Position numbers and translations under genes: made by a program. From positions 29,398-93,397 of IMG/VR virus record IMGVR_UViG_3300021086_000003: a stretch of DNA of 64,000 nt. The stretch is one strand, 5' to 3'. Source of the stretch: a virus. The notes below the pieces were generated by a model. The model did no database searches. It saw only the letters and a program-made list of their open reading frames with translations, and was not told the origin of the DNA. How positions within the stretch are numbered: the first letter of the stretch is position 1; every line of letters starts with the position of its first letter. Below, piece after piece: positions 18,422-28,073 of the stretch.

Positions 18422-18901
18422 ATGGACTCCACTGAACGTGGTACCTGGTACCCGACACTCCCGCCCAGCCTGCCGGGCGAAACCGATGACACCTACACCG
18501 ACCGACTGACCGGCGCGGATGGGACCGACCGCAGTCCCTACAGCCACAGTCGGAAACGGCAATGCAGCATCGGCTACCACACCGAATGCTCCGACCCGGC
18601 TGGCGCGACGTGCGAGTGCCCGCATCACACGGACACCGGGCCGGACACGGAACCCGCCCACGTCGTGGTTGACGGCGCGGACATCTTGGCTGGCCTGTGG
18701 TACTTGCCCACCACGACGGCGCAGCGGGTGATCGCCACCGTCCACGACATCGCGCCCAACCGGGGCCCAAGTGAGGCCCTGGCGGACCTCCTGCGCCACC
18801 GGCTCAACACGCTGTACAACACCACGGTCAGTGACGGCTTCCTGACCGACGTGGTGAACATCTACCAGGACCTGTGCTGCACCCCGGGGAGAAGCCAGTG
18901 A
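18422..18901 (+). CDS. Hypothetical protein
   Basis: 159 aa; C..GYH..C...C.C.HH. Confidence 0.7.
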   Translation: MDSTERGTWYPTLPPSLPGETDDTYTDRLTGADGTDRSPYSHSRKRQCSIGYHTECSDPAGATCECPHHTDTGPDTEPAHVVVDGADILAGLWYLPTTTAQRVIATVHDIAPNRGPSEALADLLRHRLNTLYNTTVSDGFLTDVVNIYQDLCCTPGRSQ

Positions 18902-19635
18902 CGGACCGCATCGAACCAGCCCACATGGCCATGATGAAACTGGCCGACGACCGCAACGACCCCCCGCCGCCGCTACCCACCGACGTGGACTACCTGATCG
19001 GCTTGGACGGCGGCCGACTGCACGCAGTCCGCTACCGAGACGCCGCTGTGGCCGCACTGGCCAACCCGTCCGAGTGGCGGATCACCACCCACTCGGTGTG
19101 CCACCGCCAGGTCGGGGTCGCCCGCACCTGGGGCGGCTACGACCGCGACAACGAGAACCTCGCCACCCATGGCGTGTGCCCGGAATGCGAGTGGGAGGTG
19201 GCGGTCGAAGCCGGCACCACCGCGGCCGTAATCAAGGCGGTGCGGTTCACCGGTGCGGACCGGGACGCCGCCACCAAGGCGCTCGGTGACCCAGACCTGG
19301 CGTGCCAGCTGTACGAGGCGATCCTGGCCACCAGCCGCTACGACCAGGACCACCCGCACGTGCTGGACCTGTTGGCCCACGCCACCCGCCACGCCCCGGT
19401 GCTGCTGATGTCGGAGGGATGCAACGAAGGCGACTGCGAACACGAAGGCGACCTCGGGTGCTACGAGGATGCCTGGTTCGGGTGCGGGGAGTGCTCGGTG
19501 GTCGCCGGAAGTTGGGCTGGCGAGTGGGAAGGCCAGTTCGCGGTGGAGTGCTCGGTGGCCGCACCGTGTAGCGCCTTCACCGCGATGCTCACCTACTACG
19601 GCATCCACCCGGCCAACGAGCCGAGCCTCTCGTGA
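18898..19635 (+). CDS. Hypothetical Cys-rich protein
   Basis: GTGA overlap; several CxxC pairs. Confidence 0.75.
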   Translation: MTDRIEPAHMAMMKLADDRNDPPPPLPTDVDYLIGLDGGRLHAVRYRDAAVAALANPSEWRITTHSVCHRQVGVARTWGGYDRDNENLATHGVCPECEWEVAVEAGTTAAVIKAVRFTGADRDAATKALGDPDLACQLYEAILATSRYDQDHPHVLDLLAHATRHAPVLLMSEGCNEGDCEHEGDLGCYEDAWFGCGECSVVAGSWAGEWEGQFAVECSVAAPCSAFTAMLTYYGIHPANEPSLS

Positions 19636-20300
19636 CCACACAAGAGAGCGGCACGGCCACCGCGACCACTCAAGAGTTGGCCAACGCGCTGGTGGACTTG
19701 GGACGACTGGCGTTGGCGTTCGGCCGGATCGACCGCACCGCCGTGTACCACCCTGACCAGGTGACACCGGAGTCCGACACCGACCACACGGTGATGTTGG
19801 GGTGGCTGGCCTGCGCCCTGGCCGCCAACTGCTTCCCCCATCTCGATGTCGGATTGGTGGCGCAGTTCTCCCTGGTGCACGACGCGCCTGAGGTGTACGC
19901 GGGGGACACGCCAACGCTGCGTATCAGTCCCGCCGGCCGAGCCGCCAAGGAGGACCGGGAACGCGTCGCGGTGAACCGTATCCATGCAGAGTTCGGCTCA
20001 ACGCTGCCATGGTTTCCCGAGTCACTTCTGCGCTACGAGATGCAGATAGAACCCGAGGCGCGGTTTGTGCGCGGCGTCGACAAGGTCATGCCCAAGATCG
20101 TGCACCTACTGGACGGCGCCACCGGACTGGTCGAACAGGGCATGGATCGCGCGGAGATGGCGGGGCTGATCGCCAGCCAGCGGATGGCCATGCTGCGCTA
20201 CGTGGGCGAGTTCACCGAACTGATGGAACTGCACGCCGAACTGGGCGACCAGGTCCAGGCCCAGTTGGCACTGGCAGACCCGCGACTGGCCCGGCCATGA
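19632..20300 (+). CDS. HD-domain phosphohydrolase (YfbR/5'-deoxynucleotidase-like)
   Basis: R...ESDTDH, LVHDAPEVYAGD, VDK. Confidence 0.88.
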   Translation: MTTQESGTATATTQELANALVDLGRLALAFGRIDRTAVYHPDQVTPESDTDHTVMLGWLACALAANCFPHLDVGLVAQFSLVHDAPEVYAGDTPTLRISPAGRAAKEDRERVAVNRIHAEFGSTLPWFPESLLRYEMQIEPEARFVRGVDKVMPKIVHLLDGATGLVEQGMDRAEMAGLIASQRMAMLRYVGEFTELMELHAELGDQVQAQLALADPRLARP

Positions 20301-20809
20301 CCGCGGCCACGAGTTCCACCGCCACGCCGTGCACCGAAGCGGACCTGCACGCGTTGTTGCGCCAGCGGTACACCGTGCTGTCCGGCAACGGCCCCCGCTA
20401 CGCGTACCTGCCACACGTTCGATCCAGCGCCGGGCACGACGCCGAACGCACCCTGGACGCGGTCGTCATGGACCTTTGGCCGTCGAAAGGCTTGGACCTG
20501 CACGGGTTCGAGATGAAGTGTTCTCGATCGGACTGGTTGCGGGAGTTGAAGCAACCCACCAAGGCGGCGATGTTCGTGGACCGGGTCGACCGGTTCTGGA
20601 TTGTCGCGGCGGCCGACGACATCGTGCGACGGGATGAACTACCCCCGTCGTGGGGGCTGCTGCATGTGATTGACTCGCCGATCGGGCCCACGTTGCGCAG
20701 CGCTCGTGCGGCCCGCCGACTGCCCTCTACCGAGGAACGCCGCTCAGTTCGGCGGTCGTGGTTGGCGTGCCTACTGCGGTCCGCCGCCGGCCCCGGGGAC
20801 CTTCGGTGA
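20297..20809 (+). CDS. MmcB-like PD-(D/E)xK nuclease
   Basis: RTLDAVVMDLWPS.G..LHGFEMKCSRSDWLREL..P.K. Confidence 0.75.
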   Translation: MTAATSSTATPCTEADLHALLRQRYTVLSGNGPRYAYLPHVRSSAGHDAERTLDAVVMDLWPSKGLDLHGFEMKCSRSDWLRELKQPTKAAMFVDRVDRFWIVAAADDIVRRDELPPSWGLLHVIDSPIGPTLRSARAARRLPSTEERRSVRRSWLACLLRSAAGPGDLR

Positions 20810-21147
20810 CCCCGCAGGGACGGCAACGCCTCCGCACCGCCGGCTGGACGATGCCACCGAACGCCAGGTACGTCGGCCGCGGACAAGGCGACTACGGCAA
20901 GTTCGGCAACCCATTCCGGATGCAGGGCAACACCTGGGGAGAGCACCTCGCCGTGGTGGACCTGCACCGCGAACACCTCGAACGGCGGGCCGCCGGCAAG
21001 CCGCACCAGCTACCGGCCAACTACCCCAGCGATGACGAGATCCGCCGCGAACTCGCTGGGCTGGATCTGGTGTGTTGGTGTCGCGAAGGCTGGCCGTGCC
21101 ACAGGAACACCCTGTTGGCCATCGCGAATGAGGGGGACCATGTCTGA
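20806..21147 (+). CDS. DUF4326 protein
   Basis: YVGRG...FGNPF, LAGLDLVCWC...PCH. Confidence 0.85.
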   Translation: MTPQGRQRLRTAGWTMPPNARYVGRGQGDYGKFGNPFRMQGNTWGEHLAVVDLHREHLERRAAGKPHQLPANYPSDDEIRRELAGLDLVCWCREGWPCHRNTLLAIANEGDHV

Positions 21148-21901
21148 CAAGAGCGCTATCGAGTGGACCGAGGTCACATGGAATCCGACTACCGGATGTG
21201 ACCGTATCTCGGCGGGCTGTGACAACTGCTACGCGCTGGCACTCGCGAAGCGACTCAAGGCGATGGGGTCGGCGAAGTACCAGACCGACGGCGACCCGCG
21301 CACCTCCGGACCAGGGTTCGGGTTGGCGCTGCACCGGGCTGCCCTCAACATCCCCCGGAAGTGGCGGACACCGCGCACGATCTTCGTCAACTCCATGTCG
21401 GACCTGTTCCACGCGAAGGTGCCGGTCGAGTTCGTGCGCGAGGTGTTCGAGGTGATCGCGGATACCCCGCAGCACACCTACCAGGTGTTGACGAAGCGTG
21501 CCAGCCGGTTGCCTCGGCTGGCTGACCGGTTGGACTGGCCGCCGAACCTGTGGATGGGGGTCAGTGTCGAGAGCAGCGACCACCTGGACCGGGTTGACGA
21601 CTTGCGTCAGGTGCCGGCGGCCGTGCGGTTCTTGTCGTGCGAGCCACTACTGGGCCCGCTGGACGGGCTGGACCTGGCTGGCATCGGATGGGTGATCACC
21701 GGGGGCGAGTCGGGCCCGGACGCCCGGCCGGTTGACGCGGCGTGGGTGCGGCACATCCGCGACACCTGCATCCAGTCCGGGGTGCCTTTCTTCCACAAGC
21801 AGTGGGGTGGTCGCACTCCGAAGGCCAACGGCCGCGACTTGGATGGCCGGACCTGGAGCGAGTATCCGATCACCAACGAGGCCGTGAGGAGTGCACCGTG
21901 A
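21140..21901 (+). CDS. DUF5131 (phage Gp37/Gp68, radical-SAM-like) protein
   Basis: SAIEWT..TWNP.TGC...S.GC.NCYA, FVNSMSDLFH, SCEPLL, GGESG, FFHKQWG. Confidence 0.92.
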   Translation: MSDKSAIEWTEVTWNPTTGCDRISAGCDNCYALALAKRLKAMGSAKYQTDGDPRTSGPGFGLALHRAALNIPRKWRTPRTIFVNSMSDLFHAKVPVEFVREVFEVIADTPQHTYQVLTKRASRLPRLADRLDWPPNLWMGVSVESSDHLDRVDDLRQVPAAVRFLSCEPLLGPLDGLDLAGIGWVITGGESGPDARPVDAAWVRHIRDTCIQSGVPFFHKQWGGRTPKANGRDLDGRTWSEYPITNEAVRSAP

Positions 21902-22401
21902 ACCGTAGTCAACGCCAGTCCCCATCGGCACCAACCTATCTCCTGGCTGCCCTGGTCGGCGCGAGCCTGCTCGCGGCTGCCGCAGCGTGCGACACCTCAC
22001 CGGATGCCCAGTACGTGGGGGTGTGCGTGGATCGGGTGACGCAACTGCGGGTGCCGGACGACCAGTGCGGCCTGTACGACACGGGCGGCGCGGTCGGTCT
22101 CGGCGACGAGTGGGACTACATCGACACGGTCGCCTACCCGACGTATCTGGTGCCGGCGTACGGGCGTCGGATCAACATCACCAACATCACGGTGGTGCAC
22201 ACCGCGCCCGCGAACGTCTCGGTGTACCGCGGGGTACCTCGAGTCGGTGGGGCGGCGTCCGCCGTACGGAGCCAGTCCACGTTGGCTGGTACCCACACCG
22301 GGTCGGGGTCGTCCGGCCAGGGCACGGTGAACAGCAGCGTGGAGCGTGGCGGGTTTGGTGGCGGCAAGACGGCAACAGCTAGCGTGTCGGGTGGATCGTG
22401 A
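21898..22401 (+). CDS. Putative lipoprotein
   Basis: Signal peptide ending AAAC; C-terminal RGGFG. Confidence 0.7.
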   Translation: MNRSQRQSPSAPTYLLAALVGASLLAAAAACDTSPDAQYVGVCVDRVTQLRVPDDQCGLYDTGGAVGLGDEWDYIDTVAYPTYLVPAYGRRINITNITVVHTAPANVSVYRGVPRVGGAASAVRSQSTLAGTHTGSGSSGQGTVNSSVERGGFGGGKTATASVSGGS

Positions 22402-22949
22402 CAGCCGACCTGTTCACCACCAGCACCGCGGAGATCAGCCGATGCGATATCGGCGACGAACCGGGGCATGACCGTGCGGCGTGCCCGGTGTGCGAGGTGT
22501 ACCGGTACGAGCTGCGGCGGGTGTGGGATGCGTCGCTGGGCCTGGTGTGTTGGGTGATGCTCAACCCGAGTACCGCAGACGCCGACGAGGATGACCCCAC
22601 GATCCGGCGGTGCATGGCATTCGCCCGAGCATGGGGCTACGGCGGGATCGTGGTGCGCAACCTGTTCGCGTTGCGCGCCACCGACCCGCGCGAACTGCGG
22701 CGCCATCCCCACCCGGTAGGCCCCCGGAACGACCGGTTCCTGTTGGCGAGGCCCGCATCGGTCGCGGTGACCGTTGCGGCGTGGGGTGCTGACCCTGCCG
22801 CGTGGGGTCGCGCGGAGGTCGTGCGGTGCCTGATGGCGGCGACTGGCACCGAGCTGTGGTGTCTGGGCACCAACCTGGACGGCTCCCCGAAACACCCCCT
22901 GTACATCAAGTCCACCACCTGCCTGACGCCCTTCGGCGGCGACCAGTGA
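22398..22949 (+). CDS. DUF1643 protein
   Basis: RY.L.R.W, MLNPSTAD..DDPTIRRC, NLFA.RAT.P, P.HPLY. Confidence 0.9.
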   Translation: MTADLFTTSTAEISRCDIGDEPGHDRAACPVCEVYRYELRRVWDASLGLVCWVMLNPSTADADEDDPTIRRCMAFARAWGYGGIVVRNLFALRATDPRELRRHPHPVGPRNDRFLLARPASVAVTVAAWGADPAAWGRAEVVRCLMAATGTELWCLGTNLDGSPKHPLYIKSTTCLTPFGGDQ

Positions 22950-23521
22950 AGGAGCAGGTGTGGTTCACCGCGGACACCCACTTCGGGCACAACAAGATCG
23001 CCCAGATGAGAGGGTTCGCGGACGCCGCCGCACACGACGAGGAGATCATCCAGCGGTGGAACGCGGTGGTCACGCCGGGCGATCAGGTGGTGCACCTGGG
23101 GGATGTCGCGATGTGCTCACCTACCGTGTTCTGGCCGTTGGTGGACCGGCTGCACGGGGAGATCCACCTCATCACCGGTAACCACGACAAGCCGTGGCCG
23201 GGACACCGGGATGCGCACCGACGGCAGTGCGAGTGGATGGGGCACTTCGCGAGCGTCCAGGCGTACGCGACGCGCAGCCTTGGTGGCCGACACGTGCTGT
23301 TGTCGCACCTGCCGTACAGCGGCGACCACACCGCAGTGGAGCGGTTCGAGGAGTACCGGCTACCGGACTGCGGGACGCCGCTGCTGTGCGGGCACGTCCA
23401 CGATGCGTGGAAGGTCCACCGGACAGCGGCCGGCACGCCGCAGATCAACGTGGGCCTGGACGTGTGGGGCTACGCACCGGTATCCCTCAACATGGTCACC
23501 GCCCTGTTGAGGGAGTTGTGA
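22946..23521 (+). CDS. Calcineurin-like metallophosphoesterase 1
   Basis: ADTHFGH, LGD, GNHD, LCGHVH. Confidence 0.9.
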   Translation: MKEQVWFTADTHFGHNKIAQMRGFADAAAHDEEIIQRWNAVVTPGDQVVHLGDVAMCSPTVFWPLVDRLHGEIHLITGNHDKPWPGHRDAHRRQCEWMGHFASVQAYATRSLGGRHVLLSHLPYSGDHTAVERFEEYRLPDCGTPLLCGHVHDAWKVHRTAAGTPQINVGLDVWGYAPVSLNMVTALLREL

Positions 23522-24042
23522 CGACCCCGGAACAGCAGTGGCTGGCCAACCGACCGGACGGCCCGTATCGGGTGCTGGGTACCGGCTCCCAAACGTGGGA
23601 CGACCCGGTAGCCGTCCGGGACACCTTGGCATTGGTGTGGCACCCGGCGGCGACGTTGGTGTTGGGGGCGTGCCCGCGCGGTGGGGACCGGATGATGGAG
23701 GACTGCTGGACCCACTGGGGCGGGCAGATCGAACTGCACCCTGCTGACTGGGCCGGTCGCTGCCAACTGGACTGCCCCGGTGGGCACCGCCGCACCAACC
23801 GGCGCGGCGACGACTACTGCCCGCGCGCCGGGATGGTCCGCAACCTGCGCATGGTGCACCTGGGCGCGGCGGTGTGCGTTTCGCTCATTCGCGATCAGTC
23901 GCCCGGCGCGTCGCAGTGCACGGACTGGGCTCGTGCTGCTGGGATACTCGTCATCGAACGGACATCACCAGCGACGGAAGGCGCAGGCCGTGAAGCGACG
24001 GGAAGCACCGGGCGGCCCGATTCCCGGCTGGGTGACGTGTGA
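23518..24042 (+). CDS. SLOG-family (DUF2493/YspA-like) protein
   Basis: TGS..W.D, GACPRG.D, HPADW, AG..RN..MV. Confidence 0.8.
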   Translation: MTTPEQQWLANRPDGPYRVLGTGSQTWDDPVAVRDTLALVWHPAATLVLGACPRGGDRMMEDCWTHWGGQIELHPADWAGRCQLDCPGGHRRTNRRGDDYCPRAGMVRNLRMVHLGAAVCVSLIRDQSPGASQCTDWARAAGILVIERTSPATEGAGREATGSTGRPDSRLGDV

Positions 24043-24172
24043 GAGCTGCGGCCAGCGGCGAGCCGAGAAGCTTAGCCGGCGGCGCGCCTGGTGTGGCCCG
24101 TGCTGGACCATCGCGCGGCAGGCTCGTCGAGCACGCCGGTCCGCGTTGATGACCGCGGGTGCCACGCGGTGA
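24032..24172 (+). CDS. Small Zn-finger peptide
   Basis: CESC and CGPC in 46 aa. Confidence 0.5.
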   Translation: MTCESCGQRRAEKLSRRRAWCGPCWTIARQARRARRSALMTAGATR

Positions 24173-24471
24173 GCACCGACACCACCACAGCGACGTTGTT
24201 CACCCCGATCGAGGGCGGGCTCCGTATCCACGGCAACCCGGCCGGTACGCACTGGGTGGACGTGCTGGAAATGCTGTACAACTACCGGATCGCGCTGACC
24301 CTTAAGGCCGTTCCGTGCCTCTATGTGGCGCACTGGTGTTACGCCGGCAAGAGCCGCGCCAACCTGTGGCGCACCGTGTTGGCCGCAGTCGCATGGGACG
24401 GCGCGGTCGGCACCGAGCCGGACGGGTGGAACAAGAACGGCCAGACCGGCGTGTGGAGAAGCCCCGCATGA
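24169..24471 (+). CDS. Hypothetical protein
   Basis: GTGA overlap; EP.GW. Confidence 0.7.
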   Translation: MSTDTTTATLFTPIEGGLRIHGNPAGTHWVDVLEMLYNYRIALTLKAVPCLYVAHWCYAGKSRANLWRTVLAAVAWDGAVGTEPDGWNKNGQTGVWRSPA

Positions 24472-25028
24472 CGACACGCGACACGCTCGCCGTGCAGGTC
24501 GGGCACCGTATCCGCGCGGCCCGCACCGACCGGGGATGGTCGGCGCGGGACCTCGCAGCAGCAGTGGGGATGTCCCGCACGGCGGTGAACCACTGGGAAC
24601 TGGGCCGGCGAATCCCGCTGCTGCCGATGCTCATCACGATCGCCGACGAGTTGGGTGTGGACGTGGACGTGCTGCTTCCCATCCGCGCCCGGTCGACTGC
24701 CGGGCCGAACACCCCCACTGGCCCGTGGCGCACCGGTGGCCATTGGCGCCGCACCCTCGTGGACACCACTGACCCGGGCCACCCTGACGGCAGGTTGATC
24801 GGCGTGATGGACACGGTCGCGGACGCAGACCGGGTGGTCGCGGCGGTCGCCGTATTCGATCCGTGCGCCGGTACTGGCTGGGTGTGCCTGTCCCACCGGT
24901 TGCATCCGTTCAACGCTTGCCACGACGGCCGCGGTGGGATGCCATGCCCGCGGTGCACCGAACCGGGAACGACACCCGGGTTGCCGCCAGGCACGGTGGT
25001 GCTCGCCGAACTGGGCGACCAGCCGTGA
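24468..25028 (+). CDS. XRE HTH fused to a Cys/His C-terminal region
   Basis: IRAARTDRGWSARDLAAAVGMSRTAVNHWELG. Confidence 0.85.
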   Translation: MTTRDTLAVQVGHRIRAARTDRGWSARDLAAAVGMSRTAVNHWELGRRIPLLPMLITIADELGVDVDVLLPIRARSTAGPNTPTGPWRTGGHWRRTLVDTTDPGHPDGRLIGVMDTVADADRVVAAVAVFDPCAGTGWVCLSHRLHPFNACHDGRGGMPCPRCTEPGTTPGLPPGTVVLAELGDQP

Positions 25029-25249
25029 GGGGACTGTGGGAGCAGGGCGCTCCGTACGCGGCGGCGGGGCTGGCACTGTATGCACTGACGGTCGCCCTGG
25101 TGCTGCTGATCACGGGCTGGGTGATGTGGGGGTGGCTGATCTCGGCCATCGCGGTGTGGCTGGTCGCGACGGTTGGCTACACCGCATGGAAGACGCAGCA
25201 ACGCCGCCGCCATTGGCAGCAGCAACAGGACAGGCAGGTGTCGGAGTGA
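25025..25249 (+). CDS. Small membrane protein
   Basis: Two hydrophobic helices. Confidence 0.7.
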   Translation: MRGLWEQGAPYAAAGLALYALTVALVLLITGWVMWGWLISAIAVWLVATVGYTAWKTQQRRRHWQQQQDRQVSE

Positions 25250-25428
25250 ACCGCAGGCCGATCCGGGGCGGAGACGAGCAAGACGTGCACACCGGGTGGC
25301 GTCGGCTGTACGTATGGACCCAGCGGGCCGGCGCCACGGCAGCGGTGAAACGCCGCTCTCGGCGATGGGAGCGCCACCAGGCGAGCCGCGAAACCCGCAA
25401 CCAGCGCCGGGCAGGCACCGATGGGTGA
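25246..25428 (+). CDS. Small basic phage protein
   Basis: Arg-rich, G.EQD..T.WR pattern. Confidence 0.65.
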   Translation: MNRRPIRGGDEQDVHTGWRRLYVWTQRAGATAAVKRRSRRWERHQASRETRNQRRAGTDG

Positions 25429-25795
25429 ACCGCTCAGCACCGTGCTGTACCGGGCCGCAGACACTGTGCGGGACGCGGCGCTGTCGACCGGAACAGGCAA
25501 GGATCTGGAGTGGGCGGGGGATGCGATGCTCCAGCCCGGCGGCCAGATCTACGACGGCCGCGACCGGCATGTTGCCTACGACGTGACCAACGCTGACATC
25601 ACCTGGATCGTGATGACTCGCCCCACGATCGGGCCACCGCTGGAGGCGCTGCTGCGCATTCTGGGCGACGATGCCGCCGGGCACGAAGCGGACTCGCTGG
25701 ACGAGCGTGACGGCCCCGACGACATCTACTGCCCCGACGAGATGTTGGCCGCCGAGCTGGCCCACGCTCTATGCCGAGACGGGGTCGCGCGGTGA
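25421..25795 (+). CDS. Hypothetical protein
   Basis: 124 aa, overlap chain. Confidence 0.7.
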   Translation: MGEPLSTVLYRAADTVRDAALSTGTGKDLEWAGDAMLQPGGQIYDGRDRHVAYDVTNADITWIVMTRPTIGPPLEALLRILGDDAAGHEADSLDERDGPDDIYCPDEMLAAELAHALCRDGVAR

Positions 25796-26154
25796 GCACC
25801 AGCCAGCACGACCGGACCCAGCGGGCCCTGAACATCCTCGCGAAGTGGCGGAGCCTGTTCGCCGGCTGGCAGCTGGGTTCCCGCGCGTTGGCCGACCCGG
25901 AGTGCGCCGCGGTGCGAGACCACCGGGAGGCGACGTTGCTGCACCGCGCCGAGTTGACCGCGATGGGGCTGGCACTGCTGGACAAGAAGGTCATCACGGT
26001 GCAGGAGTGGGAACGCTACCTCGAACGGGCCGCGAACGACTTGTGCAACGTGCTCGGCGCCCGCTTCCCGGGCGTGCGGGCCGACAGCGACGGCTTGCAC
26101 ATTGACCCGTTGGAGGCGCAGGTGTGGATGGCCGACCTGCATTGGCTGCCGTGA
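25792..26154 (+). CDS. Hypothetical protein
   Basis: GTGA overlap; 120 aa. Confidence 0.7.
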   Translation: MSTSQHDRTQRALNILAKWRSLFAGWQLGSRALADPECAAVRDHREATLLHRAELTAMGLALLDKKVITVQEWERYLERAANDLCNVLGARFPGVRADSDGLHIDPLEAQVWMADLHWLP

Positions 26155-26936
26155 CCGGCCCGCTCGCCGAGCCGGATCGGGTGGCGTTCGCCGGGTGCTG
26201 GCACGGCCGCACTCGGTACGCCCGGACCGCGATCCGGCACGCCGCCGATCAGGGCGCCCAGGTGATCGTGCACACCGGGGATCTCGGGGTGTGGGTGCGC
26301 TCGGCGGCGATGGAGGCCCTGTCGATGGCGCTGCACCAGCACGGGGTGCGGATGCTGTGGGTCGACGGCAACCACGACGACCACCCTGGCCTGGCGCACA
26401 TTCCGCCCGACGTGCACGGCTTGCACCCGGTGGCCGACCAGATCTGGCACCTGCCGCGCGGCTACCGCTGGACGTGGTCCAGGCTGCGGTTCCTCGCGCT
26501 GGGTGGCGCGCACTCCATCGACCGGCGACTGCGCACACCCGGCCAGGACTGGTGGCCGCAGGAGGCGATCACCACGACGCAAGCGTTGGCGGCGATCAGC
26601 CAAGGACCGGCGGATGTGATGGTCACCCACGACTGCCCCAGCGGTGTCACCCCCGCCGGTCTGGTGTCGCCGCTGCCGGACGCGTGGGTTCCGGAGGTGC
26701 CGGCAGCGGACGCGCACCGCGCCCTGCTGGGCAGCGTGGTGGACGAGGTCGGGCCGGCGTGGCTGATCCACGGCCACTACCACGCCCGCTACACCGCGCA
26801 CCGCACCGGCCCGGCCCGCACCTGTCGAGTGGAGGGGTTGAGCCACTGGAGGGACTCGCTGACCAACAACATCGCGGTGTGGGACCTCGCCGAGATGCGG
26901 CGTGTCACCCAGGCTGCCGGCGTGGAGATGTCATGA
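26151..26936 (+). CDS. Metallophosphoesterase 2 (first motif GCWHG)
   Basis: GDLG, DGNHD, GGA.SID, VTHDCP, IHGHYH. Confidence 0.88.
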   Translation: MTGPLAEPDRVAFAGCWHGRTRYARTAIRHAADQGAQVIVHTGDLGVWVRSAAMEALSMALHQHGVRMLWVDGNHDDHPGLAHIPPDVHGLHPVADQIWHLPRGYRWTWSRLRFLALGGAHSIDRRLRTPGQDWWPQEAITTTQALAAISQGPADVMVTHDCPSGVTPAGLVSPLPDAWVPEVPAADAHRALLGSVVDEVGPAWLIHGHYHARYTAHRTGPARTCRVEGLSHWRDSLTNNIAVWDLAEMRRVTQAAGVEMS

Positions 26937-27250
26937 CCCTTCGTCGGGTCGGGCCAGCCGCCGCCAACCACGGCGCGACCTGTACCTACGAGCCTCTCGG
27001 GTCCGGTGCGGCGTGCGCGTCGTCAGCGGCGGTGCATGTCATGGTCGAAGACGAGCGCTACGGCCGGTGCGGACTCGTGGCCTGCGACCAGCATGCCGAC
27101 CTCGCGCGAGCCGACGGCGCCATCCAAGAGCATCCGCACGAACCGGTGTGCGGCCAGCCGGACGCGATGTGGAATCCCGACACGAACCGGTGCGTCCTGT
27201 CCGGTACCGGCTACCCCAAACTGTCGACGTCAGCGCTACGGCAGCCGTAG
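26933..27250 (+). CDS. Cys/His-rich hypothetical protein
   Basis: ATGA overlap; 105 aa. Confidence 0.65.
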   Translation: MTLRRVGPAAANHGATCTYEPLGSGAACASSAAVHVMVEDERYGRCGLVACDQHADLARADGAIQEHPHEPVCGQPDAMWNPDTNRCVLSGTGYPKLSTSALRQP

Positions 27251-27580
27251 GTGCAGCACCAACTGCGTCCCGCACACCCTCCGCCCCGGTACCCCGTGTT
27301 CGTCATGGCGTAGGCAGTGGTGGCAGGTCACCGCAAGGGTGGTCGGTTCGAGCCGCATCCAGTCCCACCCGCCGACCGCAGTGCCGCACGCCAGGCCGGG
27401 AATCAGCTCGGTGATCAGCCGTTGGGGTTTCATGGCGTGCACGACGTCCGAGCCGGGGACGTGGACGTTCCGGTCCACGAATCGGGTCAACTGGTGCGCG
27501 GCTGCCGCCGTGAGGAACGGGCCTAGCGGGGTCTCCGCGTCCATGGTCGAACGGTAACCGGCTGGCAACGGCTTGGGCAC
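27236..27580 (-). CDS. Zn-binding hypothetical protein
   Basis: H...ACG...VTCHHC. Confidence 0.65.
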   Translation of the reverse strand: MPKPLPAGYRSTMDAETPLGPFLTAAAAHQLTRFVDRNVHVPGSDVVHAMKPQRLITELIPGLACGTAVGGWDWMRLEPTTLAVTCHHCLRHDEHGVPGRRVCGTQLVLHLRLP

Positions 27581-27585
27581 CCTGT

Positions 27586-27601
27586 TCGAACACCTGTTCT
27601 C
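27586..27601. promoter_or_regulatory. LexA/SOS-box-like site
   Basis: TCGAACACCTGTTCTC versus actinobacterial TCGAAC-N4-GTTCGA. Confidence 0.6.
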
Positions 27602-27669
27602 CGCCGAACGTGCACATGTCGTGTGTACCAGAAGCGTATGACAGTGTCGACGTGGTGTACGATGAACTC

Positions 27670-27849
27670 GTGAGTCGAGTCAACATGAACATCCCTGATG
27701 ACCTCCTGGCCCGGTTAGACGCCAGGGCAGCAACAGAGCGCCGCGACCGCACCAGTGCCATCACTTGGGCGGTGGAACTGTGGCTGGCAACCCCCTCGCA
27801 GCTACCTAGCGCGCCCACATCCACCACGGCAGAACAGGACCCACGATGA
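27670..27849 (+). CDS. Ribbon-helix-helix (CopG-like) protein
   Basis: RVNMNIPDDLLARLD..A....DRTSAI; -10 TACGAT ends 6 nt before GTG. Confidence 0.8.
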   Translation: MSRVNMNIPDDLLARLDARAATERRDRTSAITWAVELWLATPSQLPSAPTSTTAEQDPR

Positions 27850-28073
27850 CCAAACTCCGCCTTACGCCTGCTATGCAAACCGCGCTTGCCGATATTGCCA
27901 GGAACCCGCTTCTGAAGGGAACGGACGTTAGGGCCATAACCGTTCTAGCGCTCGAACGGCACGGCCTGGTTACTGTTGATAGGAATCGTGAACCTTTCCA
28001 CTGGTATCTTACGGAGGCCGGTGCGTCCTATTCACCGCACCCGGCAGGGCAGGATCAGTGTCATGACCACTGA
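27846..28073 (+). CDS. Small winged-helix-like protein, lower GC
   Basis: LTPAM..AL...ALERHGLV...LTEAG. Confidence 0.6.
   Translation: MTKLRLTPAMQTALADIARNPLLKGTDVRAITVLALERHGLVTVDRNREPFHWYLTEAGASYSPHPAGQDQCHDH

Noticed and set aside
19632-20300. HD protein as DatZ of a 2-aminoadenine (Z) genome
   Set aside because: No PurZ or MazZ gene in the window; the ordinary YfbR-like assignment suffices
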